Origin: an uncultured euryarchaeote
GTDB taxonomy: Archaea > Thermoplasmatota > Poseidoniia > Poseidoniales > Poseidoniaceae
NCBI GenBank assembly: GCA_964001175.1
Contig: CAXFAS010000004.1
Location: 7,497 to 71,496 of the forward strand
DNA: 64,000 nucleotides
Direction: 5' to 3'
Shown here: one piece after another, positions 9,948 through 19,320 of the stretch
Position numbering within the stretch: the stretch's first letter is position 1
Layout of the letters: each line of letters begins with the position of its first letter
Made by a program: the position numbers and the translations under genes
The notes under the pieces: model-generated
Database searches by the model: none
Seen by the model: only the letters and a program-made list of their open reading frames with translations
Told to the model about the DNA's origin: nothing

Positions 9948-11065
9948 TAATGGGAGAATTCTACACCATCAATGGCATGAGTCACTTTATGTCCATTTTC
10001 CAATACGGTTCCAATAATTTCAACACCAGTCATTTTTTCCTGTAACCAATTACAGATTGTTTTTGCTTTATCAGCATTCACTGCAATAATTATGCCAATA
10101 CCCATATTGAAAGTACGGTACATTTCACGAGTTTCAACTCCACCTATTTCTTGGAGCCAAGAAAATTCGGGATGTACTGGTAACGGGTCACTGATGTGCC
10201 AGCCCAAGCTATCATGCAGTCGTAGCAGGTTGGATAATCCTCCACCGGTTACATGACAAATTGCACGTAGGTCGCTGATTGAAAAATCATCATTTTTCTG
10301 GGCGTGATGAATTAAATCAACTACTGGATCACAGTAGATGCGCGTTGGGTTTAGGAAAATCTCTCCTAAAGTTATTTTTTGATTTTCATTTCCAGCGAAT
10401 CTCAAGACATCTCTTCCAAGACTATCCGCATCAAAAGGGGCCTCACTGGAATAGTCATAATTTGAATGTTCAATTATTCTTCGAACCAAAGAATATCCAT
10501 TAGAATGAATTCCAGATGACGGTAAACCGATTAACACGTCCCCCTCTTGCAGATTCTCACCAGTTATCGCTTCACCTTTTTTGAGATATCCTAAAGCAGT
10601 TCCTGACAGGTCTAACTCCGTAACTATGCCTGGTAATGATGCGGTTTCCCCGCCCGCCAAAGTAACTCTAGCAATACGGCAAGCCTCAGCAAGAGATGCT
10701 CCAAGGGCGGCATGGGTTTCTGGGTCTGGTTTAGGTACAGCAACATAGTCGACAAATGCAATAGGTTCTGCACCAACGCATAGTAAATCGTTGACATTCA
10801 TGGCCATACAATCTATTCCAACTCCGCCCCATTGATTTAGTAACGAAGCGATTTGAAGTTTACTTCCTACGCCATCGGTGGCTAGTGCTAGAAGATTATC
10901 TCCAAATTCAATTAGCCCGCCAAAGCCGCCAGGTAGGTCAACTGGCGCCCCAGGTGTTCCAGCAGGTCGAACAGAACGTCCTAAAGAAGCGATTAAAGAA
11001 GCAACAGCAGACCCTTCCAAGTCGATGTCGACCCCAGCACTTGCATAGTCCATTGGCTTGGCCAT
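9944..11065 (-). CDS. purM: Phosphoribosylformylglycinamidine cyclo-ligase (AIR synthetase)
   Basis: Motifs seen: YASAGVDIDLEG, GGFGGLIEF, LALATDGVGSKLQIA, GIDCMAMNVNDLLCVGAEPIAFVDY and CHVTGGG. The ORF-track start at 11107 is a TTG overlapping the upstream stop. The ATG at 11065 (MAKPMDYASAGVDI) or at 11053 is more plausible. Confidence 0.9.
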   Translation of the reverse strand: MAKPMDYASAGVDIDLEGSAVASLIASLGRSVRPAGTPGAPVDLPGGFGGLIEFGDNLLALATDGVGSKLQIASLLNQWGGVGIDCMAMNVNDLLCVGAEPIAFVDYVAVPKPDPETHAALGASLAEACRIARVTLAGGETASLPGIVTELDLSGTALGYLKKGEAITGENLQEGDVLIGLPSSGIHSNGYSLVRRIIEHSNYDYSSEAPFDADSLGRDVLRFAGNENQKITLGEIFLNPTRIYCDPVVDLIHHAQKNDDFSISDLRAICHVTGGGLSNLLRLHDSLGWHISDPLPVHPEFSWLQEIGGVETREMYRTFNMGIGIIIAVNADKAKTICNWLQEKMTGVEIIGTVLENGHKVTHAIDGVEFSHY

Positions 11066-11103
11066 GTCTATTCCATCCAAAGGCAACTCATGAATAAACC
11101 GGC

Positions 11104-12135
11104 TCAACTCATAAGGGATTTAGATAGCAGTGGTAGACTGATATCTAGTCGATAATCAATACCAGAGTGTGTGCCATCAAACTCTTGCCATGTATGCTCA
11201 ATCCCCAATTCCGATAGTCTAGCAGTTAACTTACGACTTCCGTACTGTATACCATATTGGTCTTGATTTCCACAGTCGATAAATAATAATTTTAACGAAT
11301 CAAGGTTACTTGAATTTGATTCAATCAAGCGTAGAGTATCGAAATTAAGCCAGTTTGACCAACGTTGCTCGTCAAGTTCACAATATTTCATATCCACAGG
11401 TAACTGAATTCCAAAAGGATTTGTTGCCTCGGATTCACCTGGATCATATGAAGCAGCCATAGCACAAATCATCAATGTATGAAAATCGCTAGAACTCATC
11501 TTACCGGCTTTCATCACCGAATCAACATATTGAGCTGGTGTACCGTAATTCGAAATATGAGTAATAGTTTCAGCAAATGTAGGCATGAACATTGTTTCAA
11601 ATCCGACATCACCTGAATGACTTGCTATTGCGTCCCATTGATTTGGTTTAGTAAGTGCATTATACAATGCTCCATATCCTCCAGATGATTTACCAATCAA
11701 ACCAAAATTACCATTACAAGAATAACGTTGCATAATTGATTTTTTTAGTTCACTTGATAACCATGAACTCCAATTTCCCATTACCGGCGAATCAACAAAT
11801 TGATTTCCCCCTAGAGAAGTAAAAGTATCAGGTAATACCAACAAGCAAGGTTTCATTTCTCCGAGTCTAACCAACCTTTCATGTCGTTGTAAAATACTCT
11901 CTGAAAATGCCTTCCAACCCGCTCTGGCAGGTCCAGAAGAAGTAAATGGTGCTAAGTAAATTATCGCCGGTAATTGTCCGCCCTTCTCAATTAAATCAAT
12001 CCCTTCGGGCGTATTATGAACTATGATTTCTCTCGAAGTAGGATCTCCAAGGCGATTGTTTAAAAGATTGGAATCTATAACAAATCTATCAATTCGGCCA
12101 AGAATCGGTGCGAAAGAATGCTTGGGCATAAACAC
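11104..12135 (-). CDS. Alpha/beta hydrolase, 'putative esterase' family (enterochelin-esterase / S-formylglutathione-hydrolase-like)
   Basis: 343 aa. It has the nucleophile elbow GLIGKSSGGYGAL and a family-typical N-terminus (DSNLLNNRLGDPTSREIIVHNTP). The substrate is unknown. Confidence 0.6.
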   Translation of the reverse strand: MFMPKHSFAPILGRIDRFVIDSNLLNNRLGDPTSREIIVHNTPEGIDLIEKGGQLPAIIYLAPFTSSGPARAGWKAFSESILQRHERLVRLGEMKPCLLVLPDTFTSLGGNQFVDSPVMGNWSSWLSSELKKSIMQRYSCNGNFGLIGKSSGGYGALYNALTKPNQWDAIASHSGDVGFETMFMPTFAETITHISNYGTPAQYVDSVMKAGKMSSSDFHTLMICAMAASYDPGESEATNPFGIQLPVDMKYCELDEQRWSNWLNFDTLRLIESNSSNLDSLKLLFIDCGNQDQYGIQYGSRKLTARLSELGIEHTWQEFDGTHSGIDYRLDISLPLLSKSLMS

Positions 12136-12282
12136 TCTAGAAGTTCTTTATTCATTGGTTCTGCGGTCATGGCGAATGGGCAATGGACATGGGCGGTAAT
12201 GATAAAAAAAGGATACAGAGCCACCGTTTTTCCAGTGGAAATATAGGGGTGAGGGTTTACCTAGAAAAGAGTACATAAACGG

Positions 12283-14457
12283 TTGACGTTTTGCCAAACT
12301 GTTCGCGACATTGAATTAGGGGGGAATGAGTTGTTACAAGAGTTTGATTTACCAGCGCGTTGGACCTCAATGATTCAAGATCTATATGCTGAAGCAGTTC
12401 ATAATCTCGCACAAAATTGGCCCGATGAACAGTCTTTAGAAGTTTCATACCGAATTATTGAGGGCTTTGATGACGAGTTTGCTCAAGATATCATTGAACA
12501 CCCGGAATTACATTTCCATGCAGCAAATCATGCACTTAGACAATTTTTACGAGATGCAGGTCACCCTACCATGTTTCCTTTTGTCCGTATAGTCCATCTG
12601 CCAAGTGACCAAGTTAGAATAGTGTCTCAGTTACGCTCAGATGACATTGGCCAAATGCTTGCTATAGACGCTGTTACGACCAAAATTTCAGGCGTCCGAC
12701 CTAGAATTTATTCAGCGTCTTTTGAATGCGCATCTTGTGGACATGTAACTATTGTAAATCAACCCAATGAGCAAGAATTAGTTGAGCCCATTGAGTGTTC
12801 ACAAATAGATGGAGGGTGCGGAAAGCCAAAGCGGCAAACAAGATTTGTTTTACAACAGGAGGAATCGATATTAATCAACTCCCAGTTCATTGAACTGCAA
12901 GAACTTCCCGAACAGATGAAAGGAGGTATTCAGCCTGAAAGGATTATTTGTATCGGTGAGCATGATTTAGCTGGTAAACTAAATCCAGGTGACAGAGTTA
13001 AGGCGAATGGTGTGCTATTCATACGCTCCCAAAGGAAAGGCGGAAAAGATACACCTGTTTTCGACATTTTCCTCAGAATTCATTCGCTTGAACGTCAAAA
13101 TGTACCATTAGAAGAAATCAAGATTTCCGAAGACGAAGAATTGGAAATTAAAGAATTGGCTAGTAGAAGTGATATTTACGACTTATTCACTAAGAGTATT
13201 GCGCCATCTATTTTTGGAATGGATCGAGTAAAGGAATCCTTGATGCTACAACTCTTTGGTGGAGTGGCCCGGTTAAATCCAGATGGGACAAGGAATAGGG
13301 GAGATATTCATATTCTCCTTATGGGGGACCCAGGTGTTGCTAAATCACAATTATTGAATTATATGTCAAGAATTTCTCCGCGTGGAAGATTTACATCGGG
13401 TCAATCGGCATCTGCAGCAGGTCTTACAGCAGCAGCGGTTCAGGATTCTGCGGCAGAAGGGCGCTGGACTTTGGAGGCTGGTGCCTTGGTTCTAGCTGAC
13501 TTGGGATTAGCAGCTATTGACGAATTCGACAAGATGAATGAAGGAGATAGATCTAGTATGCATGAAGCAATGGAGCAACAAACAATTTCTATTTCTAAGG
13601 CCGGAATCAATGCTAGTCTAAGGACTAGATGTGCCGTACTTGCTGCTGCAAACCCAAAGAATGGACGGTTTGAACCAGTTTCTGAAACTCCATTCACCGG
13701 TCAGATAAATTTGGCGCCACCGCTAATTTCTAGATTTGATATTATTTGGTTGCTTACCGATGATGCAGATGAATCTAAAGACTCAAAAATCGCTCATCAT
13801 ATCATAAAAAATCGTTTGATAGGAACTAGTGAATTACTCGTCACCGAAGGTAGTGCCCCCGATCCAGTCAAGGGCTCGATTGTTGGTTTACAAAAATCGC
13901 AAGATGGAGATGAAATTTTAGCCCGAGATTTAATTCGAAAATATATCGCTTATGCCAAGAGGTCTATACATCCAAAATTAGAGGATGAGGCACAAAATAA
14001 AATTGTTGAGTTTTATGTTGAAACCAGAAAGAAAGGTGGAGAATCATCCGATAGTGTTTCAATCACTGCTCGTTCATTAGAGGCAGTAGCTAGAATGGCA
14101 GAAGCGAGTGCTAGAATTAGGCTTTCTAATGTCTCAACAGTTGAAGATGTTGAAAGAGCGATAAGACTGACTAAGACTTGGAGAAATGAATTGATGGGTG
14201 AAAATTTCGATATGACTACCATTGAAACCGGTAAGAAAACATCTGTTAGAAATCAAGAAAGAGCAATTTTAGAAATAATTTCAACTCTACAAAACCAATC
14301 TACTAACAAGGTAAAAGCTGCTAATGTACTCGACGTATACAATGAAGCAGAGAAGTATAAGATTTCTAGAACAAAAACAGAAGATATTATCGAAAAGTTA
14401 GTTTCTCAAGGAAGTATAATGCGCCCTTCAGGATATGAAACTCTTCAGATTGTCTGA
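12283..14457 (+). CDS. mcm: MCM replicative helicase
   Basis: Zn-ribbon CASCGH...CSQIDGGCGK, Walker A ILLMGDPGVAKSQLL, Walker B AAIDEFDKM, sensor/arginine finger SRFDIIW, and a C-terminal winged-helix-like tail. No intein is present. The ORF-track start is a TTG; the first in-frame ATG is at 12370, so the exact start is uncertain. Confidence 0.93.
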   Translation: MTFCQTVRDIELGGNELLQEFDLPARWTSMIQDLYAEAVHNLAQNWPDEQSLEVSYRIIEGFDDEFAQDIIEHPELHFHAANHALRQFLRDAGHPTMFPFVRIVHLPSDQVRIVSQLRSDDIGQMLAIDAVTTKISGVRPRIYSASFECASCGHVTIVNQPNEQELVEPIECSQIDGGCGKPKRQTRFVLQQEESILINSQFIELQELPEQMKGGIQPERIICIGEHDLAGKLNPGDRVKANGVLFIRSQRKGGKDTPVFDIFLRIHSLERQNVPLEEIKISEDEELEIKELASRSDIYDLFTKSIAPSIFGMDRVKESLMLQLFGGVARLNPDGTRNRGDIHILLMGDPGVAKSQLLNYMSRISPRGRFTSGQSASAAGLTAAAVQDSAAEGRWTLEAGALVLADLGLAAIDEFDKMNEGDRSSMHEAMEQQTISISKAGINASLRTRCAVLAAANPKNGRFEPVSETPFTGQINLAPPLISRFDIIWLLTDDADESKDSKIAHHIIKNRLIGTSELLVTEGSAPDPVKGSIVGLQKSQDGDEILARDLIRKYIAYAKRSIHPKLEDEAQNKIVEFYVETRKKGGESSDSVSITARSLEAVARMAEASARIRLSNVSTVEDVERAIRLTKTWRNELMGENFDMTTIETGKKTSVRNQERAILEIISTLQNQSTNKVKAANVLDVYNEAEKYKISRTKTEDIIEKLVSQGSIMRPSGYETLQIV

Positions 14458-14500
14458 CATCATCCGCTGCTATCTTGAAGGATGAACTATTGGGATTGTC

Positions 14501-16534
14501 ATGGCCGAAGCACATGTTACTGAACCAGAAGGTGACGTAAGCGATGCAGATTCTCTGGACCCGGAGAAAATAGGCTTCATGTGTGGCTTAGAAGTTCACC
14601 AACAACTTTCTACAGGGAAATTACACTCTAGGCAATCAGGTGAATTATACGATGTAAGTATTGATACAGTTCCAGATAATTGGCCACGGTTTTCAAGAAA
14701 ACTTCGCGCTTCAAGGGGGGAAGGCGGAAAGGTTGACGTTGCTGCGAGATTCGAATCTAGGAGAAATCGCTCATTCGTTTATGTTCAGTCTCCAAATTCA
14801 GGTCTAATAGAACTTGATGAACAACCACCACTTAGCCATGATAAGGATGCCCTTGATATTGCATTAACTGTCTCTGCTTTAGTTGAAGCCAAACCAGTTT
14901 CGTTATTTCAAACAATGAGGAAAACAGTGGTTGACGGGTCAAATACAAGCGGTTTTCAACGCACAACATTGATCTCTACTGATGGAAAATTATCTACTGA
15001 AGGAGGCTCAGTTGGAATCGATGTTTTATGTCTTGAAGAAGACAGTGCAAGAAAATTGGATACAATCTCGACAGGAAAAGGAGAACAAGTCATCTATAAT
15101 TTAGATCGCTTAGGTTTGCCATTAATTGAAATCGCAACCGCCCCGGATGTGAAAACTCCTGAGCATGCAAAACAAACTGCTATCGCCTTAGGGCGCGCTT
15201 TAAGACAAACTAGAAGGGTTAGAAGAGGACTTGGTAGCATTCGCCAAGATCTGAATGTATCAATCGCTTGTGGCGATAGAATCGAGATAAAAGGTTGTCA
15301 GGATTTGTCCTGGATTCCTCGAATCATTAGACTAGAAATGGCCCGCCAACTACATTTTTACCGATTGTCCAATAAATTAAGGTCAGATTTACAATTGCCG
15401 CCACTGCCCCCAGACAGGCGTTCAACTGATGAGAAAGTAGAGCTTGAAGTTGCCAAAAAAGTCGAGCAAATATTACCACTTAGATTAGTTGATGTTTCAA
15501 AAATTTTCTTAGATTGTGAATCTAAAATGGTCAAATCAGGCCTTGATAAAAAATATGTTATGCTTGCATTACCATTGCCGGGGCTTAATGGCTCAATAGG
15601 TACTAAACAAATGTGCAAAGGCGACTCACAATTACCTAGACTTGGACGTGAACTTGCCGGTGCTGCAAAGTTGGCTGGTGTAAAAGGAGTATTCCATTCT
15701 GATGAATTACCAGCATATGGTATAGAAAAAACTCATGTTTCTTTAGTGAATAAGGAATTAGGACTTGGCGATACCGATGCATTTGTTCTTTGTCTAGCGC
15801 CACTTTGGCAAGGTGAACTTGCTCTAGAAAGCGTTCTTGCAAGGGCTCGAATGGCTTGGCATAGAATACCGCAAGAAGTACGAAATGTCGTAATTAAAAA
15901 AGGCGCTCCAGAAGACGGAACAACTTCTCCAATGAGGCCATTACCGGGTGGGGCTAGAATGTATCCGGAGACGGATATTCCCACTTCACCACTAACAGAT
16001 AATCACTGGTCAAATATAATTTCAAATTTACCTATGACGGATATTGAGCGACAGGATAGAATTTCGGAATATGATATATCCGAAGATCAGTCTAATCAAC
16101 TCTTAGCAAGAGAATTAGATGATATTTTTGTTGATTTATGCGGAGACTTACCTCACAAAGGTTGGGCTGCTGTTTTACTGGAAAATGAAGATGAAAATCC
16201 ACAATTATGTAAAGCAGTCCTTACTGCTAAAGAAAACGGCGATTTGACTAGAGAGGCAGTCAATTCTGTTATTCAAGCATTTTCAGAGCAACCCTTACCA
16301 TCTGTTGAAATTATTGCAAAATACGCTTCAGATAATGGTTTCAAGCCAGCAGACTTAGGGGATTTAGAATCTATTGTTGATGATATAGTCAATCAAAGAA
16401 TAGATTTTGTCAAAGAACGTGGGATGGGTGCAATGGGTCCTTTGATGGGCATAGTTATGCAAGCTGCCGGAGCAGCGGACGGTAAAGCAGTTAGTGCTTT
16501 ACTTAGAGCTGCAATTCAAAGGATAACGGAGTGA
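14501..16534 (+). CDS. gatE: Glutamyl-tRNA(Gln) amidotransferase subunit E
   Basis: The N-terminal GFMCGLEVHQQLSTGKLH is the GatE-type (HQQL) signature. There is an internal AspRS-like insertion and a C-terminal GatB/YqeY-like helical domain. It is an archaea-specific enzyme. gatD is not adjacent. Confidence 0.85.
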   Translation: MAEAHVTEPEGDVSDADSLDPEKIGFMCGLEVHQQLSTGKLHSRQSGELYDVSIDTVPDNWPRFSRKLRASRGEGGKVDVAARFESRRNRSFVYVQSPNSGLIELDEQPPLSHDKDALDIALTVSALVEAKPVSLFQTMRKTVVDGSNTSGFQRTTLISTDGKLSTEGGSVGIDVLCLEEDSARKLDTISTGKGEQVIYNLDRLGLPLIEIATAPDVKTPEHAKQTAIALGRALRQTRRVRRGLGSIRQDLNVSIACGDRIEIKGCQDLSWIPRIIRLEMARQLHFYRLSNKLRSDLQLPPLPPDRRSTDEKVELEVAKKVEQILPLRLVDVSKIFLDCESKMVKSGLDKKYVMLALPLPGLNGSIGTKQMCKGDSQLPRLGRELAGAAKLAGVKGVFHSDELPAYGIEKTHVSLVNKELGLGDTDAFVLCLAPLWQGELALESVLARARMAWHRIPQEVRNVVIKKGAPEDGTTSPMRPLPGGARMYPETDIPTSPLTDNHWSNIISNLPMTDIERQDRISEYDISEDQSNQLLARELDDIFVDLCGDLPHKGWAAVLLENEDENPQLCKAVLTAKENGDLTREAVNSVIQAFSEQPLPSVEIIAKYASDNGFKPADLGDLESIVDDIVNQRIDFVKERGMGAMGPLMGIVMQAAGAADGKAVSALLRAAIQRITE

Positions 16535-16538
16535 TACT

Positions 16539-18242
16539 ATGCGCCATGGAGTCGCAATATTTTGTATCGCCATCATATTACTCACTATTCCAAATTCTAC
16601 CGCCCAGGAATTAGACAATAGCTCATTAGATTTAGAATTCGAATGGAGTTATGAATTAGGCGACGGGTATGTATCAACAAAGCCATTGATAGAAATGAAT
16701 ACTATTTTTGTTAGGACTTCCACCTCGAATCCTAATTCCGATTCTGCTGGAGTTTTCGCTTTTGATTATGAAGGGGAAAAGATTTGGAATATTGAAAATT
16801 CAAATTCTACTTTTCATGATATGTCTCCTTTATTATTTGTTCACGATGGCGAGGGGGAATGTGGTTCATGGAATGACATGTTACTCATCGGATGGTCCGA
16901 TGGAACTGTTGAGGCTTTGAATCCTAATACAGGCGAAACTCTTTGGCAACAAAAAACCGAGAAGATTACATGGGGCATTACAGGTTCAATGTTGATTGAT
17001 GAAGATAACCTAGTAGTTCCAACAAGAAATGGTCTAGCGAGTTTTTGTCTTGCAAATGGCAATAATATATTCGATTATGAAACTGGCTTGGGTTGGAGAA
17101 ATGGAGTATCTAAGGTAGGTGACAGGTATTTCTTAGGTGATGAAAACGGCAACCTTTGGAGTGTATCAAAAAACGGGGCAATAGAATCTAGCAATTTGGA
17201 TATAGGGAAAATAAGGCACGCACCTCTAGTTTTTGGCGATAAATTATTGATTCATGGTCAAGGAATCTCTAGCAGTAAAATCGTACTTGTAAATACCAGC
17301 GACTTTTCTTTTGAACTGATTTCAACATCCGGCCCCTCCCCCGGAATCCCTCTTTCAATAGGCCAAACCGTGATTACAACTGATTTAGATAATTTAGGTT
17401 TATTTCAATGCACACAATCCTGCATAAAATTAGATCAACACCCATTCATTTCCAATGGAGAGTCATCCATCATTCAGGATAACAAAATAATGTTGCCAAA
17501 GAATACAGCAGATGGCGGATGGGGTATATTTTCAATCAATAATAATTCGACTGTAGAATTTGAAGGGTTATTTTCTACAATAAATGACTGGTATGGGACA
17601 TCTGCACCAGAATATATGTCTAACGAAGAAATAGAGATTTTGGCATTAGCAAATGATAATGGAATTTTAGAAGTTTATACTAATCATCACGAAATAGTAA
17701 TCGAACAGGAAGCTGAATCAAATATAGATTATTTCTCTCAAATCTTAACATTGATTTTAATGATATTTACAGCAATTATCGGGATTCAGTACCTTCGTGA
17801 AAAATACTCATCAGCATTTAGGTTTTTCATAATGGTCATGCTTTTAATTTTCTTATTCTCTTTCAGCGACATAGTTTCATCATGGTCCGAATATATTGAT
17901 AATTCTAGAAACCAATCAAGTGATCAAGAATCACTTTGGCAGGACGAATGGCCCGAAGATTGGCTAGGAACCCAAATAATTGTATTTGAATTTGACAATC
18001 AGACCATAACCTATGGGGGAATTATAGGGGAAGAGACGGTATTATCTTTGACACTCAAAGCGGTTGATGAAAATCAAATAACCATTGAAATATCGGATAC
18101 ATCGATGGGCAAATATATTGAAAGCTTCAATCAACAAAAAGGAGAAGGATGGATATACTTTGTAGATGGTTCAGAGGCTATTATATCTGCAGAATTCGCA
18201 AAAATATCATCAGATAGTATTGTACATTGGAAGATAGTTTAG
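16539..18242 (+). CDS. Secreted/membrane-anchored PQQ-like beta-propeller repeat protein with C-terminal DUF4430 (transcobalamin-like) domain
   Basis: Signal/anchor sequence (VAIFCIAIILLTIPNSTAQE). PQQ-type propeller motifs are present (GTVEALNPNTGETLWQQK, GNLWSV). Two TM helices sit near residues 400-450. The last 90 aa match the DUF4430 pattern. Confidence 0.6.
   Translation: MRHGVAIFCIAIILLTIPNSTAQELDNSSLDLEFEWSYELGDGYVSTKPLIEMNTIFVRTSTSNPNSDSAGVFAFDYEGEKIWNIENSNSTFHDMSPLLFVHDGEGECGSWNDMLLIGWSDGTVEALNPNTGETLWQQKTEKITWGITGSMLIDEDNLVVPTRNGLASFCLANGNNIFDYETGLGWRNGVSKVGDRYFLGDENGNLWSVSKNGAIESSNLDIGKIRHAPLVFGDKLLIHGQGISSSKIVLVNTSDFSFELISTSGPSPGIPLSIGQTVITTDLDNLGLFQCTQSCIKLDQHPFISNGESSIIQDNKIMLPKNTADGGWGIFSINNNSTVEFEGLFSTINDWYGTSAPEYMSNEEIEILALANDNGILEVYTNHHEIVIEQEAESNIDYFSQILTLILMIFTAIIGIQYLREKYSSAFRFFIMVMLLIFLFSFSDIVSSWSEYIDNSRNQSSDQESLWQDEWPEDWLGTQIIVFEFDNQTITYGGIIGEETVLSLTLKAVDENQITIEISDTSMGKYIESFNQQKGEGWIYFVDGSEAIISAEFAKISSDSIVHWKIV
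17970..18239 (+). other. DUF4430-like (transcobalamin C-terminal-like) domain
   Basis: TQIIVFEFDN...ETVLSLTLKAV...MGKYIESFNQQKGEGWIYFVDGSEAIISAEFAKISSDSIVHWKIV fits my memory of the family consensus (tvldlL...G.yi.sI.g....GW.Y.vNg....ga..y.l.dGD.i.w.Y). This has not been verified by HMM. Confidence 0.5.
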
Positions 18243-18280
18243 ATGGTAATGCTCAAGACATTTCACTTGTTGGCTAGTTC

Positions 18281-18940
18281 ATGTTCCAAGCCACTGGCAT
18301 ACACGGCCCAGTACTAGGTCCATTTGGTAGTTTGATTTTGGATGTTGTTTTACTTGGAATTGCATTTTGGATGTTGTTAAGCACTACTAAGAAGACAGTT
18401 CCTGATATTATATTATTCGCTTCGATAGTCGCTGGAGTCTCACTACTAAGGGTTCTAATGGTACCTTTGCCTAACGTTCAACCGGTAACAGTAGCGGCAT
18501 TATTGGTGGGTGCACAACTTGGCGCAAAAAGAGGAGTTGCTTTCGCAATTTTGGTGACAATGATTACCAATTTCATCATTGGTAATGGTATTTGGACTCT
18601 CTATCAAGCTTTAGGATGGTCTTTAGTTGCGATTATCGGTTCAAATTACAACTTAGTTTTAAACGGGAAAATAAATTATAAAAGAGTGTTCTATGCATCG
18701 ATATTTACTGCTTTCTTGTTCGATATTATCGTATCACTTTCTATTATCGATGGCTCAACTACGTTTAGTCAATTCATGATTTATCTAGCAAATGGAATTC
18801 CCTATGATTTGATGCATGCATTAGGAAATCTGACTTTCGCAGCATGGTTGACAACTTGGTTTGTAAAATTATTACAATATCAGCCCACACTTGAAGAAAT
18901 TGAATTATCGGTGGTAGAAGGGCATGTTATCGAATCATAA
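18281..18940 (+). CDS. Six-TM membrane protein, ECF-transporter S-component-like
   Basis: 219 aa and highly hydrophobic. The segment LPNVQPVTVAALLVGAQLGAKRGVAFAILVTMITNFIIGNG resembles S-component/DUF6580-type proteins. It lies immediately downstream of the DUF4430-domain gene. No ECF A or T components are in the window. Confidence 0.4.
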   Translation: MFQATGIHGPVLGPFGSLILDVVLLGIAFWMLLSTTKKTVPDIILFASIVAGVSLLRVLMVPLPNVQPVTVAALLVGAQLGAKRGVAFAILVTMITNFIIGNGIWTLYQALGWSLVAIIGSNYNLVLNGKINYKRVFYASIFTAFLFDIIVSLSIIDGSTTFSQFMIYLANGIPYDLMHALGNLTFAAWLTTWFVKLLQYQPTLEEIELSVVEGHVIES

Positions 18941-19292
18941 TGAACCTACAATGGTCTTAGTGGCTCGTAAAGACTTGAAACTTTCAACAGGTAAATTAGC
19001 AGTCCAATGTGCACATGCAGCAACAAGTTGTACTATAATTGCAATCAAAAAGGAGAAGCGATTATTTGAACGTTGGAAGAATAACGGTGCAAGAAAAATT
19101 TGTCTCCAAGTAGATGACTTAAATTCTTTACAGATGATAGCAGGTCAAGCACAGTCCTCGAATTTAATCACTCATATCGTAAAGGATGCAGGTCACACTG
19201 AGATACCTCCAGGAACGGTAACAGTTCTTGGAATTGGACCTGGGCCAAGAAGAAGCATCGATGCTATAGTTCAAGACTTGAAGCCTTATTGA
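18924..19292 (+). CDS. pth2: Peptidyl-tRNA hydrolase, archaeal/eukaryotic type (Pth2), copy 1
   Basis: Motifs GKLAVQCAHAA, KICLQV and KDAGHTEIPPGTVTVLGIGP. The conserved core begins at the internal Met at 18951 (MVLVARKDLKLSTGK), which would give 113 aa with no overlap onto the upstream gene. Confidence 0.85.
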   Translation: MLSNHNEPTMVLVARKDLKLSTGKLAVQCAHAATSCTIIAIKKEKRLFERWKNNGARKICLQVDDLNSLQMIAGQAQSSNLITHIVKDAGHTEIPPGTVTVLGIGPGPRRSIDAIVQDLKPY

Positions 19293-19320
19293 GTATGAAG
19301 TAGTGCTTTAACCGAGCGCA

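Noticed and set aside
12136-12282. Possible replication origin or ncRNA next to mcm, including the imperfect hairpin CCACCG-TTTTT-CCAGTGG
   Set aside because: There are no repeated ORB-like elements or extended AT-rich unwinding tract, and no orc1/cdc6 nearby. The hairpin is short and imperfect. It is treated as a divergent promoter region.
12257-12448. 63-aa minus-strand ORF overlapping the mcm 5' end
   Set aside because: It lies antisense to the conserved MCM N-terminal domain and has no motifs or RBS.
14501-16534. Absence of gatD next to gatE as a possible anomaly
   Set aside because: GatD and GatE are not always adjacent in archaea, and gatD may lie outside this window. This cannot be evaluated from 64 kb.
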